A stretch of 62,362 bases of DNA, filler included, from Basidioascus undulatus (lineage: Eukaryota), in assembly GCA_000826855.1 (NCBI GenBank). It is 11 parts of 11 records of this genome, joined end to end, with 100 filler letters (N's around TTAATTAATTAA, not from the genome) between each part and the next. Parts side by side here need not be neighbours in the genome. Positions count along the whole stretch, not along the records: positions 3,794 to 28,428 come from JTLS01000235.1; positions 28,529 to 32,219 come from JTLS01002350.1; positions 32,320 to 36,008 come from JTLS01002351.1; positions 36,109 to 39,795 come from JTLS01002352.1; 7 more parts are not named here. The stretch is one strand, 5' to 3'. The number at the start of each line of letters is the position of its first letter. The first letter of the stretch is position 1. This document shows, in pieces, positions 23,899-38,109 of the stretch. The notes below the pieces were generated by a model that had not been told where the DNA came from, made no database searches, and worked only from the letters and a program-made list of their open reading frames with translations. A program made the translations under genes and the position numbers.

Positions 23899-25461
23899 CG
23901 TGCGATAGATCGTCGTTGGGGGAACCGAACCCGCTTCAGCGTCCCTTCGGGGACGTGAGCAGCCGGCGGAGGCATTCCTCCTCTCCTCCGGGGAAGATCC
24001 GGCTGTCTTCCAGACCCAACCGTAACGTGAGCGAGCGCCAGACAGCTTTTAAAGGCGCCGCCCCTGCACCTTCCCTCTTCCCTATCGAAAGTTCACTCTC
24101 CCGTATTTCTGGTCCGTCTGCACTTTGCTTTCACGGATGGGCCTTTGTGCTTGGGAGGGGGGAGCATCGCTGTCGGATTCAAGATCGGGCCTTCTTCTTC
24201 GTGGGGGCAGCGACCCGTGTCCGACATACATCTTGTCCTGTTCGACTTGCATATAGATTCGACTAGATCCATTGAGCCTTGCACCTTTGGCTTGGGATTT
24301 GCCTGTTCACAACCCACCTTTCATATCACTTCAATCACAGGTTCACTTTGGGCCTGCTCAAAACCGAAGCGGTTACACCACAAGCTTGACTTCCACAACA
24401 GCTGAGACAGATTTTCCAATCTGTACCGCAAATGTTTGTCCGCATTGTGGTACCAGGCAAGTTCGGCCCAGAGTAGAAGCGACTTAATATGAGAGTATGA
24501 GAATATGAAGGAGGTTTACCAGAAAAAGAAATTCTTGTCCACAACAGCGAGGACACGCACCGAGCAAAGCATTCTGTGTTCCGTTTGTTTTGGGGTATAA
24601 AGTACCTTCCTCTTTTGAAGAAGACTAATTCAATGAGCGATATCTATGAATCCTTTGAGGTTCAGCCTCAAGTACAGAAGTAAAAGGAGACAAACAGGAT
24701 ATGCCACCAATTCCGTAATCCATAGGCTGGAATAGCTCCTTGACTTTTTTTTCTTCCGACTTGAGGAAAAGATGCTGAAGTAATACACTCAGTGCCGCCC
24801 AAAGTAGCTGCGTTTCGTTGAGGACTGCTGTGCTTCTGCACATGGCACAGGTCACATTACCCAGCTCACAGCCAATGAGCCCAGTCATTGAAATTTTTGA
24901 TGGTGCTAATGAGCCATAGATGCACCCTGACGGTGATTGTGCCGGTTATGAAGGGGAAAGGCTGAGCCATCTGACACCAACTGGACCTGCCCTTTACCTC
25001 CTCCTTTGCCTAACTCGAACGGTGTTCATACTCTTTTCTACAATTATTGTACAGGGTTCTGGAGGAGGTTGACAAAGTGGCTTAAAACAATGGTGTACTG
25101 GCGATAGTGGGCAACCTGCGGTCCACAATTGGCAAGCCCACTTACGCGTCCGTGCCATAGAAAAGGGAAATTTCTTCGATATCAGGCACCTGACTAATGT
25201 TAATTGGTTTGGCACGTATGTTATCGATGAAAAACAACGTGCATTTTGATCAGTGAGGGCGCAGTTTGCGAGAAAGTGAAGTTGCGGGCAAAACAAACGT
25301 GAACGTCCCGCCAAACCCAGTCTCAGGCTGCCCTGAAAGACGTTACAGATGTGACTCCGGAGCGAGCTTCTGAAGAACCGCCGAAACCATCGGCACACAG
25401 CTCAAGTTCATTCTTCGCTATATGTAATTATCAATGTCCACAAAATCCGCCAACACTGCTT

Positions 25462-27360
25462 CTACGTGTCCGCGATCTTGATGACAGCCTGTGCAACGTA
25501 GTGCCGAACGTCAGCAGCGCCCACAGGCCGTACTATGCAGGCACAACGCACCTTGCCAAAGTTCTCACCGCGCAGCATGCCTAAGAAGCATCCAACTGTT
25601 AGAGATATTCGTCCCGGGAAAGTAATTCACGAAGTCACGACGCACCGACGAACGCCCGCTCGGCATTCTCCAGCCCGACCGTCACGTCCTCCTTGAACTT
25701 GAGCTCGCCGCTCGCGAGCTTCTTCGGGACCTCGGCGTAGAACTTCTCACCCCACTTGGGCTCCAGGTCTGTGAACGTGCATTTACGTGAGTATCTTGGG
25801 ACGCATCGAGCGGGAGGAGCGCGAACTGACCGCTGACGATGAAGCCCTCGACCTTCAAGCGCTTCGCGACGATTTGGAATGTGCTGTAGACGACATTGTC
25901 AATCATCAAACCGCCTGTGGGAGAAGCTCGTATACATACTTCTTCACTCCGTACTTCTCAGTCGCGTTATACTGTGAGATAGATCCGCAGCACTTTGTTC
26001 CGAAGCGATCAGTACACGATCGTGCGCGTTCCACGCTTGCCCGGCTTAGCCAACTCACAATGATGCGCCCGTGGTCCTCAATCCCGTCCAGCACAGCATC
26101 GAGCGTCGGTCCGCCCACGTTGTCGAAGAAGATGTTGACGGGCCCGAACTTGCGGATCTCTTCCGCCGTGTCGCTCGTCTTGTAGTTGAACGCGTGGTCG
26201 ACCTGGAGCTCGTTTTTGACGAACTTGACCTGCGTGGCAGAGACAGTACGTGTCAGACTGTGGCGCAATGGAAGGTGTGAGGGTAAGGGACGCACCTTCT
26301 CGTCCGTTCCCGCCGAGGCGAGCACACGCAGGCCGAGGTTCTTCGCGTGCTGACACACGAGTTGCCCAACCGCACCGCTCGCCGCAGAGACGAAGATGCT
26401 CTCGCCCTGAAATATGTGAAGGACTCAGCAGGGACCAGCGCGTGAGGTAGCCGGGAAGATCAGGCGGACCTTCTTCGGCTGCCCAATCTCGACTGCGCAC
26501 GACAGCTGAATCAGCATGTCATTGCGAATATCGCACCACTAAAGGCAGGCGTACGCAAGCTCATCCAAGCGGTCTTTCCCGGCATGCCTAATGTGTGCCC
26601 CGCGAAACGTGTCAGCTTGCGTACATTGGGCAGCCAGCGAGTTTCTCGAGACCGACCAACAGCACCGACCCAAGTCGTCCACGGCAAGCGCTCCGCATTC
26701 TCAAGGATCTTGAAGCTCCCCGCGCTCTCCTTCGGGAAGACCGAGTACTCCTCGAAACCTGTTCAATGAAACACCGTCAAGCTCCTAGCGCCCCTCGCGC
26801 TGTCAACCCCTCCGTGAGACGTACGGTAGAAGCCGTACAGCTTCTGCCCGACCTTGATGTCCGTGTGCTCGGAACGGAGGACCTCCCCGACACCGTAGTT
26901 GTCGAGCGGCTCGCCGAACACGAACCCGGGGCGGTAGCTCTTGATCGAGGGGTCACGCATCCGACCGCCTGTCCGTGTGTCCCCTCCGACCAGATCAGCT
27001 CAGTGCCGCTTACGACAGCGATCATGAGCCATAGGAAAAACGCACGCTAAAAATGCAAGATGCCCGCCCCATAAGCATTCGTAGCGCCAGCGTGACAGTT
27101 GGAAGCTCGCACGCACCTGGTACGGGTCGATAGAGACCACCAAGTTCTTGGTCAAGAACCCCCCATTCAGAGCTGCCATCCCATCCCGCCAGATGCACTT
27201 CAGTGAGCGTCCCAGCTAGGCGTGACGCCTGGGAAGCCAGCGAAGAAGACGTACGGATGTTGTCGAGGTCGATCTCATCCGTTACGAGCTTGGTCGTCTC
27301 ACCGGGTACGGGCTCGCCCTTCGGCACAGCGGTATAAATGACCTTCTGGTTGCGGACCAT
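25462..27360 (-). CDS. NADP-dependent zinc-independent MDR oxidoreductase (leukotriene B4 dehydrogenase/PTGR-like)
   Basis: SIDPYQ.GRMRD, GMPGKTAW, IFVSAASGAVGQLV, ASAGTDEKV, AFNYK, FFDNVGG, CGSISQYN, GENFGKAVIKIADT*. Confidence 0.92.
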
Positions 27361-28428
27361 GGTATCAATGTGAGCGATGAGCGGTGGTGCAGTTGGAGAG
27401 GAGGATGCAAGGTGATAATCGATGAAAGCCAGAGAGAAGACGCAAGCGAGTGCAGGGGACACTCTTTTATGATCCAATCGGCAGGCACAGGGAAAGAACA
27501 TGCACGAACTTACTGCTGACCGATCCGGTTGAAAATACCCCAGACGCGAGAGCGAATCGCTCCGTCGACAGCTGCATGGTCGGCGGCCTGGATACTACAT
27601 ACATCCTCTCCAGCTCGCCCGCACACCGAAGCCTGGTGAGTACTTGACTGTGCGTGTGCGTCCTCGACTGCAAACCCCTTATCGCCAACATCACGAAGAC
27701 GGTGTGATGGAGCCAATAAGATGGAGCGGGAGTTCCAGAGCACCGGCAACTAGGGAAGCCGGAGCCTCCACCTCGCACGCTCCATCATTGCGGCGGTCTA
27801 CGCACCCGGAGACTGATTGGCTTTCCGACTGACAAGCCTAGCACGCAGCACACACAGACGGTATCAGAGAGCTTGCGTGTTGATGTAGCGAGAGCGAGAG
27901 GAATCGAGCCTAATATGCACATATGGAGGCGAGCGGGGGAGGGAGGAACGGACGTAACCAGCCAGGCCAGATGGTAGGGGAGCGAGCGCGTGGAGACGTG
28001 ACGAAACGAATCGCAGCGGGAGCAGCAAGAGGTGTTGAGAGAATGAGAATTGTAAGAAGAAAAAAGAAAAGAAGAGAAGGATGACACAAAAGCACAAAGG
28101 AACGCGTGTAGGTGTTGTTGCAGCGAGAGAAGCGATGAAAATTGAATAGGAACGGAAGCGCGAACCAAGAAGAGTGTAGAGCGGATGTGGAGGGGGATCA
28201 GGGACGGGAATAGCGAGATGCGGGGGTTGGTGCAGGGCGATGGTTTAAAGATGGGACGATAAGAACAGAAACGGGAGGAACGGAGGGAGGGCGACGTGGG
28301 AGGGCGGGAAACGGAGGTGCGGGAGCGGATTAGGAGGTGAGGATCAGAGAGCGGGTGAAGGCGGGGCGAGGTTGGGGCCGGCGGCGGCGCGAAGGGAGGG
28401 TATAGGCGATGGTCGGAGGAGGAAAGAA

Positions 28429-28528
28429 NNNNNNNNNNNNNNNNNNNNNNNNNNNNNNNNNNNNNNNNNNNNTTAATTAATTAANNNNNNNNNNNNNNNN
28501 NNNNNNNNNNNNNNNNNNNNNNNNNNNN
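28429..28528. other. Artificial contig spacer
   Basis: N44-TTAATTAATTAA-N44. Confidence 0.98.
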
Positions 28529-28631
28529 GTTCGATCCTATGACCCCCATCATCTCTATGACGTCCAACTCGAACCCGAACGCCATCCTCAACTTCTCCTC
28601 CACTCCCACCCTCGCCGCACCCCTACCCCAG

Positions 28632-29919
28632 CTTCTTCGCCGAGCTCCCGCGGATCGGCGCGCCCGACTACGTGCCGAACGAGAACGACGTCCTGCGCGC
28701 GCGGACAAAGACGACGGGCATCTCCGAGACGCGATTCGCGATGGGGCAGCTGAGCATACAGTGCGTCGCCTGCCCACCTTCGCGTCTTCTCAACTTCCTA
28801 CTTCCCTGCCTTCTTCTTCCGCTTTTCTACCTTCCTAGATAATCATCCCACCTCCCGTCTTCACGCCTTTCCACCTCCCACCTCCCTCTCACTCTCTACC
28901 TTCCCACCTGCCCACTCCCCACTTGCCCACCTCCACCCTTCCTACCTCTCCACCTTTCCACCCTCCTCCTTCCTTCCCCCGCCGGGGTCCAGCCCGCGGA
29001 GACACCTGACGCTGATGCACCTTGCGGGCGCGGTTACAGCATGTTCGACGTCGGCGGCCAGCGCTCTGAGCGGAAAAAGTGGATCCACTGCTTTGAGGCC
29101 GTCACGTCCATCATCTTCTGCGTCGCGATGAGCGAGTACGACCAGGTGCTGCTGGAGGAGTCGGGGCAGGTGCGTGCTCTCAGGTGTGGGTGTGGTATAG
29201 GCGCTGATGCGGGTGGGGGCGACGAGCAGAACCGGATGCAGGAGAGCCTGGTCCTCTTCGAGAGCGTCGTAAACTCGCGATGGTTCGTGAGGACATCCAT
29301 AATTCTGTTCTTGAATAAGGTGCTTTTCCCTCCTCCCCACTCCTTCTCCCTCCCCCTGCCCCTCCGGCCTCCCTCCTCTGCGACCGGTGCGGATAGCTGA
29401 CGCGGCGGATACGGATGCGCGCACGCAGATCGACGTCTTCAAAGCCAAGCTCCCCAAAGTGCCCTTGGAGCGGTACTTCCCGGATTACACTGGTTGGTCC
29501 CCTATTCGCGTGTGAGGAAAAATTGGAAGGGAAGGAGGAAGCTGATGCGAGCGTGGGGGAAAAGGCGGGAGCGACATCAACAAGGCGGCAAAGTACATCC
29601 TCTGGCGGTTCACGCAGACGAACCGCGCGCGGCTGTCGATATACCCACAGTGCGTCGCTTTCCCCCGCCGTGCTAGGTCTTTTCGAAGGAGAGGGATCTG
29701 GAACTGATGAGAGCGCGGTGGTGCGGGACGCAGTCTCACGCAAGCGACGGATACTTCAAATGTGCGTCTCGAAGAGCGTATACCGGGGAGGAGAGGGATG
29801 AATTTGAACTAACTGTGGATGATCGTGGTGGGGATTGGGAAAAACAGATCCGGCTAGTGTTCGCCGCCGTCAAGGAGACGATCTTGCAAAACGCCCTGCG
29901 CGACTCCGGGATCTTGTGA
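28632..29919 (+). CDS. Heterotrimeric G-protein alpha subunit, fungal group III (cAMP-pathway, Gpa3/Gpa1-type), 3' part
   Basis: [78 protein letters not shown]. Confidence 0.95.
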
Positions 29920-31024
29920 TCCTCTCTCCTCTCCTCTCTCCGCCCCACATCTCCGCCCCTCCCTGCTCCCTTACGCTGCACCCGCATGACCCGAACCACC
30001 TCCTTCTCGCTCCCTCTGTGCTCTCCCTCTCTGTCTGCCATTGTTCTTATTGCCGCTCCCTGCCCCGTCTCTGTCTCTGTTTCTTAACTCCTAACTCCCC
30101 CGCCCTCTCCTACCGCAACCCCACATGCATCCCTTCGCTCCTATCCGCCGCATGCACTCCACTTCCTCCCTCTCCTCCCACTCGACCCGCCCCGACCCCT
30201 CCCTTCCCAAACCCCGCTGGACGGTCCCCCTCTTCCTCCGCCCCCTTCTCAGACGTACCCGCACCCCCACCGTACCTTCCCTCCATTGCCTACCCACCCT
30301 GATCTGTCCTACCTTCTACGTTCTAGCTCTCTTACTTGGTCCCAACAGTCCATGCTTAGTTCTCACCCACCAACATCGTTGTATAATCCCCCCCACCCCC
30401 CGCGCTATCAAGGGCGGCTGCTGCTTGCTTGCTGCTTGACTTGCTTTGATTGATTTTTTTCGTGCAACCCCGATTCCCCAAGCGTGTGTGTTTTTATCTG
30501 ACAAAAATTTGGCAGGCTTTGGTTGAAGAGGTTCGGCGGTCGGTTGAAAGGCTCGGCGACGCGCAGCAAGGGTTGCCCTCGACCGCCATCGCCTTCGCTG
30601 CCCCAGACCCCTGGCCACTCGCATTTCTTCGACCCCCAAAGTCCGCCTCTCATCTCTTTGCACTCAAATTCGCAAATATCAACATGCAACAATGCGCAAA
30701 GCGACGTGGCTGGCTTGTTTTCCTTCGAATCCCAAACTCGATCAGCTGCCCTGTGGGATGGCGCTTCAGACTGACCCCCGCTCAACCCAGCCCAGTCCGC
30801 GATGGCTGGTGGTGTATCGCATCTGCTTCCCCGGTGTCAACCGCAATGCACAACTTCGCGCTTGCTTCCCGTGCCTTCCTTGGAGCTTTCCCGTCGGCCG
30901 CAGCCCTTGCCCTTTGCCCTGCACCCGCGCCTCGTCGCGCCCTCGCACCCCCTGCCCCCCTTCATCCTTCATCCGCTCACCACACCGCACCGCATAAAGG
31001 AATAATACTGAGCGAGTGCGCAGC

Positions 31025-32219
31025 ATGCTCGAGCTCTGCCCGCCGCTCTCTGCGCCAGCCATTTCCGGCAGCAGCAGCGGCACCGCCTCGTCGCAACAAC
31101 CACGCCCATCTCGTTCTCCCACAACACCACAGCTCCAAGCACAACTACAAGCACCACACTCTTCTTCCCCGCGCCTGCGCACCTTATTCCTCTCCCCGCA
31201 CGCCCCACCCACGCGCACGCGCTCGGTCCGTCGCGCCCCAGCAGCACCGCCTGTTCGGCCAATGTACCTCCCGTCCCCGACGTCCCTCCTCCCGCCGCCG
31301 CGCCTCCAGCGCACGCGCTCCGCCTCGGCGCTCAACCTCGCCACCGGGGTAACACCCATGGACGAGGAGGAAGGAGCGAACCGCCCGAGGAGCAGCATCG
31401 CGAGCCTCCTCTTCCTCGACGACCCGTTCCAGGCGCCGCCCGTCTCGCCCCTCTACGGTTCGCGCGACGCCTTCTGCCCCACCCGCCCGAGCACGTGGGT
31501 CGTTCAGCCCGAGGCGGGGTCCCGCTCCGTCGCGGGCCCGAGGGACGGCGGCGACGGTGGGCGGAGGCAACAGTCCCAGCAGTCCACGTTCGCCCCCTCC
31601 TCGCGCAGCTCCACGATCCCCCTCGACAGTCCGGCGGGCGGACCAAGACTGAAGGAGCTCCAGCTTCCGAAGAGGCTGCTCTCCGCTTCTCCTCCGCCAG
31701 AGTCGACGCCCCCGCTGCTCCAGATGACTACCCGCAAACCCCGCCCGGCCCCAATCGTCACACTCCCGCACTCCGCGTTCGCGTCGGACGAGAACCTCCC
31801 GCGTGCGCGGCAGGTCCCGGACTCGCCGGCTTCCTCGACCACTTCATCCGCCGCCGCCGCTGCGGGCTACAAGCGCGGGCGCCGGCCTGCGCTGGTGCGC
31901 CAGTCTGCTACCGGTACGCTTTCCCTTCCCTCTTAATCCCTCTCTCTGGGACGCAATCTCACTGCTTCTCCGCATCTACTCCCTTTCCCTCCCCCTCAGC
32001 AACCCACGCATCCTCCACGCTCTCCCTCCCGCTCTCCACGCTCTCCACCTCGACCGCGTCCACCAGCTTCTCGCACACCCCGCCCACGCCTACCTTCCCC
32101 TCCACGCCGCCCTCCTCCTCTTCCGCGCACATCCTCTCGCAAAATGTGTACTACCTCCCCCCGCCGCACACCAAGCCGTCCCTCGCGTCCCTCCGCTCCG
32201 CCACCATTCCCACCCCCAC
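31025..32219 (+). CDS. Ser/Pro-rich, probably disordered hypothetical protein (5' part, runs into gap)
   Basis: ~300-codon high-GC3 open frame from ATG at 31025; likely intron at GGTACGC (~31914) followed by an S/T-rich frame. Confidence 0.55.
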
Positions 32220-32319
32220 NNNNNNNNNNNNNNNNNNNNNNNNNNNNNNNNNNNNNNNNNNNNTTAATTAATTAANNNNNNNNNNNNNNNNNNNNNNNNN
32301 NNNNNNNNNNNNNNNNNNN
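32220..32319. other. Artificial contig spacer
   Basis: N44-TTAATTAATTAA-N44. Confidence 0.98.
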
Positions 32320-32345
32320 CCCCCCGGCGCGCCCCGCCCACACAG

Positions 32346-32550
32346 CTTCGGCGTAGCCTACATGGTCGGCGCCGACAATCACCTGCAGTTCACGCTCACG
32401 AACCGGGCGGACGTGGAGGTAGATGGCCTCAAGGGGCAGGAGCGCAACGACGCGTTTGCGAGGGCGCTGCTGGAGGCGAGCGAGGAAGTTTGGAGGCTGT
32501 GGCTTGGCTGGGAGAAGGGGGAGAAAGCTGGGGAGAGGGCGAAGTTGTAG
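32346..32550 (+). CDS. Carnitine/choline O-acyltransferase, last exon, with peroxisomal PTS1 (AKL)
   Basis: (G)FGVAYMVGADNHLQFTLTNR...F...L.EASEE...ERAKL* after a CAG acceptor; resembles fungal Cat2-like C-termini. Confidence 0.6.
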
Positions 32551-35500
32551 AGTCGGGCATGGGGAGGAAGAAGCGGGGACGAGGGGGTGAGTGGTGCGTG
32601 GATGGATCTCTGAAATGCTTGGATCGCGCCGGCGTGGCTCTGAATGTCGGCGTGCATGCGCGAAGGGTGGGAGTTGAAAGACCCGTTGTCGTGCTGTGGG
32701 TGTAGTAGCGAAGTTGGAAGGCCCGGCGGCCTCGATGTGGCGAAGTTAGTGGAACCCCAAGCGGCCTCGAGCTCGGTGCAGATGGTGAAACCGGGGACAA
32801 CAATACATGGTGCTACCGAAGCTCGGACGAGGATGGGACGAGGATGGGCGCAGTGTGGCAGATTTCGTGCGCAAGCCTTTCTGCGGTGTCGATCTAGCTG
32901 AGCTGAAGAAGGAAAGAGGCCGCCGCTGTTGCTGAGCACGGCGCATTGGACGAGCCAGCTGCTTCCGGTACAAGGGACCGCGACAAGATCCCTCTTGAAG
33001 CAATACCTGCTCCGACCATATTTCATGCTGAAAATGAATGGAAAGTCTATAAAACTCCTCCCAGGCAACTAGGAGGCACCCAATATGATTCACTCATACT
33101 TGCTCATACTTAATACTCATACATACATACAGTTGTAAGAGGGTCCTTGTAATTGAGGACAAACTTGATAGTATGAGAAAAAATGACGAACGCAGCAGAC
33201 ATTGCATCGCAATGCTGTTGGCTTTTACAACAGGTGTTTCTGTCCAATTAGGAGAATGGTCCGTCAGAGCACATCGAAGCGTGAACAGAGCAAACGAGAG
33301 AAGCACGCGTACGCGCGAAGCCTAGCGTGCCAAATATGAGAGCCCACTTTTATGCGCACCAGTTTAACGAAAGGGCCTGACAGCCATGCCTAAGTTCCTG
33401 GCTCTAACGTGCAGCAAAAATGGAAAGGATGGCCGCGTACTGGCGAAGAGAAGGACACAACCATCAGACCGAAAGTGAGGGCATTGGCAGCACTGCGAGG
33501 GGAAGATTGAGGAAAAGATCAGACAACCCCTTCAACCATTCGTAGCCTGGCTAACGGACTTGACCAGGTAAGACTCTGAGAACCGAACAAAATCTCAGTT
33601 CAGCAACAACAATGAGTATAGCAAGGTTTCGTGCATACTCTGTTGTCCTCAGGCACTCTGCAGTCATGTGTTTTCGGAGTGGTTAGCAAAGAGACAAGTC
33701 TTCCACGATGAACAGCAAGAGAGCCCACAAGCGAGTTCATCGCACCCCAGATGCCTGTACCCACCAATGGAGCAATCAGTTGGATGCTCACGTAAACTCT
33801 GTTTTGGATGCTCACGTAAACCTGTCAGGGTGACCGCTTGCGTGGGGTGAGAAAGTTGCAGATGCCCAAGATCAGGGCATTGTAAAAGTGGACCGGTACC
33901 TGTAGAAGTCGTGTGTACCTTCAGCATTTTTGAACACTGCTGGACCGACCACGGAGACGGAGAACGCACCACTTGACTTTCGTCGGGATCGACGGGACCC
34001 CGGCAGTTCTCTGCCCGTAAGTATGTCGACCATCGCTTGCTTCCGTTGGAGCGTTGGAAAGATAAGAAACAAAGCCGGGAGAGACACTCACACTGCATGC
34101 CCACGCTCTTCTTAAGGCATCGTGAGCGGTAGGCCACAGTCTTACCAAGTTGGGGGGTTGTGGGTCATCTTTGCTTTAGATCGCGTATCTCGGACTGTCG
34201 ACCCAAGTCGACCCACTGCTGCCGCGTCCAGAGCTTGCAGTAGACGGTATCAGCATCAGCTCGTTGCCGTACAGACGATGGCGCAAGAGGGCAGACGCGT
34301 GGCGGTGGTACCGCGGCAAATGCACGCGGCGAATGCTAGCAGAAGCCCGGCTTCACACCTCCCCTTCCTAGCTTTGACCTTTGAAGCTGCAGACAGCCAA
34401 AAGCTCAGACCCGTGCGACTTGAGCAAACAGACCAGCATTGACGAAACCCCGCGGGCTTACAAGGAGATATAGCGGATGTTAGTCTATACACGTATGAGA
34501 CCCAACACTTACATTGTAGTCTTCCTCGTCAAGATGGCTCACCACCAAGAACCCAGGACATAAGCCGTGTCCACCCGAGGGTCGCGGGCCAAGGGATCTT
34601 ATCACGCCTTGCCCACTGAGTACTTTGATGTGCGCCACAACAACGCAGTCAGTTAGAAAGAGACAGGTTTCTGACCTATCCTCGAAATTAGCAATTCCCA
34701 TCCACTTCCTTCCACTAGCAGCTCATAGTTATTGACTGAGCCTGTCCATCGGGCTCGACCGGGATGACTTTCACTCCCAGGACACTGTTGCCGCGGCGTC
34801 GCTAAATTCCGAACACTCTTCTGATCTCTATACAAATGCTTATCCGTACTGTATTATTCTAAGCACTTCTCTTTTGAGCTTCTAGGTCTGACAAATCCAA
34901 GGATGCATGTTTGACCAAGTCTCACCGACAGAATAATTATCGTGGCATGCTACAATAGTTATGTGAAGGCCGCGTGTTTGCGGAAGGAACAAGCTGGGTT
35001 TCTTGAGGCCTGGCGGTTGGAATGCACAGATATTAGAAAAAACACGCAGATACGCACCCACTCACCCGACTTTCAGCAAAGGCTTAGGCTCATGTTTGAA
35101 ACGTTTATATACAGAGCTCTTGTACAAGCATGGGCGTTTAGCATACGTCCTCTTTCCTCGATGCGCAATGGAAAGGAATGTCCTTCAAGGAGATTGTCAC
35201 TTTGCTGGGGCACCGAGGCCTGGAATGTTGCCTTGCAAACCCCTCCCATACGCCTCAAAGGTCCTAATAGGAGATATTTATACACAGTTAAGCTTTGAAT
35301 CCTAGGTTCAACGCTCAGTGCTATTCAATACCATGCGTATTCTGTCCCTCACTCCAATCCGTGGAAACATTCCGCGGATGGACGCCTGAGCGGTCACGAC
35401 GACAGCGCACCGCTGCTTCTTTCCCATTTTCCTCATCGTTCAACTGTCTTCTGCCTTAACTGATGGTAAGACCTTCAGGGTGAGCCCAGGGTGGTCTGGC

Positions 35501-36008
35501 AAACCAAATCATCTGAAGTGAAGGGTTGGGGATCGATCTCAATAGACCGGCTCACTACGCTCGCACCCGAGCTCATCGACTGCATAGCGAGTTTCGTCGA
35601 GCCATCTTCTCTTCATGTGCTCACACTCACATCTCGGTCACTGCATTCGATCTGAACAAGCACCTCTACGCGACTTCGCACCTCATACCCCATCGCGATA
35701 TCATCGCGCTCCACCGCACAGTCGACCAGCACATCCCGTTCGGCCATCTCATTCGCTCTTGGACCGTCCCAGTCGTTTCCATGGACTGGGACGATCACGA
35801 AAAGAGGACCCGCCTTCTGGTTACGACCATTCGCGTCAAGGGCCTTACGTGCTCCTTCCCGTCCACGACATCACCGAGGCGGAGGCGTACGTCCAGCTCT
35901 ACGCCGCCCTCCATTTCGCAGCCTTCCACCTGGCCCTAACGGAGCGGCGGCTGGAGTTTCGCACGCGCAGGACATCCTCTCCGCTGCTCCAACACCCTTC
36001 GGGAAGTC

Positions 36009-36108
36009 NNNNNNNNNNNNNNNNNNNNNNNNNNNNNNNNNNNNNNNNNNNNTTAATTAATTAANNNNNNNNNNNNNNNNNNNNNNNNNNNNNNNNNNNN
36101 NNNNNNNN
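36009..36108. other. Artificial contig spacer
   Basis: N44-TTAATTAATTAA-N44. Confidence 0.98.
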
Positions 36109-37389
36109 CAGAGGGGGAGAGTGTGAGCGGACTCCCCTGCATCACACCCAAGGTCCTCCCAGCCACACCCCTGTTGCAACCCTTCCACTGACTGTCGATC
36201 ACAGTCTCTTGCTTGTGGGGCTGGCAAAGATCTCCTATGCTCATCTTCCCTGAACCCCCTCTGCCACCTCCTTTCCCCTCCAGTTCCTCCCTCCCATTTT
36301 ACTGTCTCCTCCTGTTTGACATCCATCACTCTCATCTGTTGTGGTCACTCAGCAAGGGCACACCACACCCAAACATGTGCCTGCCTCTTCTGCCTCAGGC
36401 TCACAGTCAGACCATTGGGTCACTGTCACTTGAGCTTGTATTCATGCTCGCAATCCTTTCGATCAACGCATGGACTGAGTTGATAGCCCACCACCCTCTG
36501 CATCCTGTTGCAGAGATGGAAAGCATTCAAAATCTGCTCACCACTGTACCTCACAAGATGTACACCTTCATGTTGCTGACTCCACTGCTCAGCCTGTTGC
36601 TGACAGTTGACAGCACTCCTCTCGCACACAGTGGATCAGACCCCTTTGTCTCAGCACCTGTGACCCAGTCAAGGACATCTAGTCCTAAAGCTGTCAATGG
36701 GTTTGTAGCTTTCACTCAGGTCTTTCCTCATCTTCTGAGCCATAATTGCCTCATCTCAGCTGTCATACCTAGTCCCTTGCATTCCTCAGGTTGATTGCTA
36801 TACACACACACCTATTCATATTATGCAGCATTGTTTTCATGTATTGGGGTGCTATTAGGACATTCTGCCAGATCATGATTCTACATGCTGGACTTTGTGT
36901 GGGCACAGTAAATGGTCAGCTGCGGAGCTGGTCAGGCCTGACACATTATTGTGAGGCTTCATCCTTTGGCATCTTGAGAACTTGTGATCAACTTCCAATT
37001 CTAACTCTATCTGTGTTGACATGCCTGTTTCTATACAGGACTCATAGAACAGATATCTATTTATTGCTTCAGTGCTGGGAGGACAACTGAAACAGCAAAA
37101 CTTCAGTGCCTGTCTTGCCACACAAGAACCTTTGTGTTGTCTGGGTGCAGTCTCAGACATGAGATAAGGAAAAATAATGCATGCTTTTTACATGGAGACT
37201 GCTAGTCTGAACAACTATACCTGATTTGTCAACTGCTCAGTAAGGAAATGGAGGTGCTCAGTGTCAGTCTGCCACAAAGAATTCTGCTTGATACAGCACA
37301 TAGCTGACTTGTACAAAGCGGGAAAATACCTACCCTCATGGCCACTCGTGAAGAGCAAACAGGGGCAAACGAAGAAATGGATGGAGTGC

Positions 37390-37394
37390 AAAAA
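37390..37394 (-). terminator. Pol III T5 terminator of the tRNA-iMet gene
   Basis: TTTTT three nt downstream of the discriminator on the minus strand. Confidence 0.75.
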
Positions 37395-37397
37395 GAC

Positions 37398-37469
37398 TAG
37401 CTTGATCTGGTTTCGATCCAGAGACCTGTGGGTTATGAGCCCACCGCGCTTCCCCTGCGCCATCAAGCT
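37398..37469 (-). tRNA. Initiator tRNA-Met (CAU), intronless
   Basis: AGCTTGA TGGCGCAGGGGAAGCGC G GTGGG-CTCATAA-CCCAC AGGTC TCTGG-ATCGAAA-CCAGA TCAAGCT A. Shows A1-U72, three consecutive G-C pairs in the anticodon stem and the eukaryotic initiator ATCGAAA T-loop. Confidence 0.96.
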
Positions 37470-38109
37470 GTTGTGTTGTACCTCGCAAATCTAATCCATG
37501 TTTAAGGCAAGATGTCACACAGAGACCAATAGTGCCTCAAGCAGGCTATAAAATGCCCTTGACCTCCTAAACCTCATTACAGATCATCCGAAGATGAAGC
37601 CAAGATCTGCCCCAGTATTGGCATTGGCCATGCTGCAACTATGTTCTGTAAACTGCTGTTCTACTTCAAGTTGGGATACATCTACACGATTTTCCTGACT
37701 TGTGCTTTACATGGAGCTGATGCTGCACATTTCAGTATCAAAGAGAAATTCAAATTCAAGTGTTTTTACTGGGAGAGTACATATTGTTCCATGCACTGCC
37801 AGCACTGAGTATATAGGTCAAACTGCAAATGCCCTACTAGCTGCAGGTAGTTCAACTTGAAATGAATACCATTTAGGTCTAAGGTCAATTTCAAGCTTTG
37901 TGTAACCAACAGGGGGAAGCAGGTCTGGGTCATGTGAGGTTATCACAACCAGGATAACACTCAATCTATATTAGCAACCAGCAGATCTCTGTCAATGAGC
38001 TCTATGTGACAGTGACTACATCCAATATCCACAAACCTATAGCGACCAGCAGATCTCTACAAGAGGAGAAAAAGTTAAGAAACAGAAACAACAATAAAAC
38101 ACACTGACC

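Noticed and set aside
3794..28428. 24.6-kb contig out of size order, possibly a large insertion or island
   Set aside because: More simply explained by name-based ordering of contigs. No terminal repeats, integrase or compositional break is visible, and intron style matches the rest.
28761..30400. Long C/T-rich tracts in introns and UTRs as possible triplex or structural elements
   Set aside because: Pyrimidine tracts upstream of the branch point and in UTRs are ordinary in fungi, and they probably just cause the assembly breaks.
33000..36008. Possible degenerate element, including a duplicated TTGGATGCTCACGTAAAC (~33780-33821)
   Set aside because: No transposase or RT motif or terminal repeats identified; the short duplication alone is uninformative.
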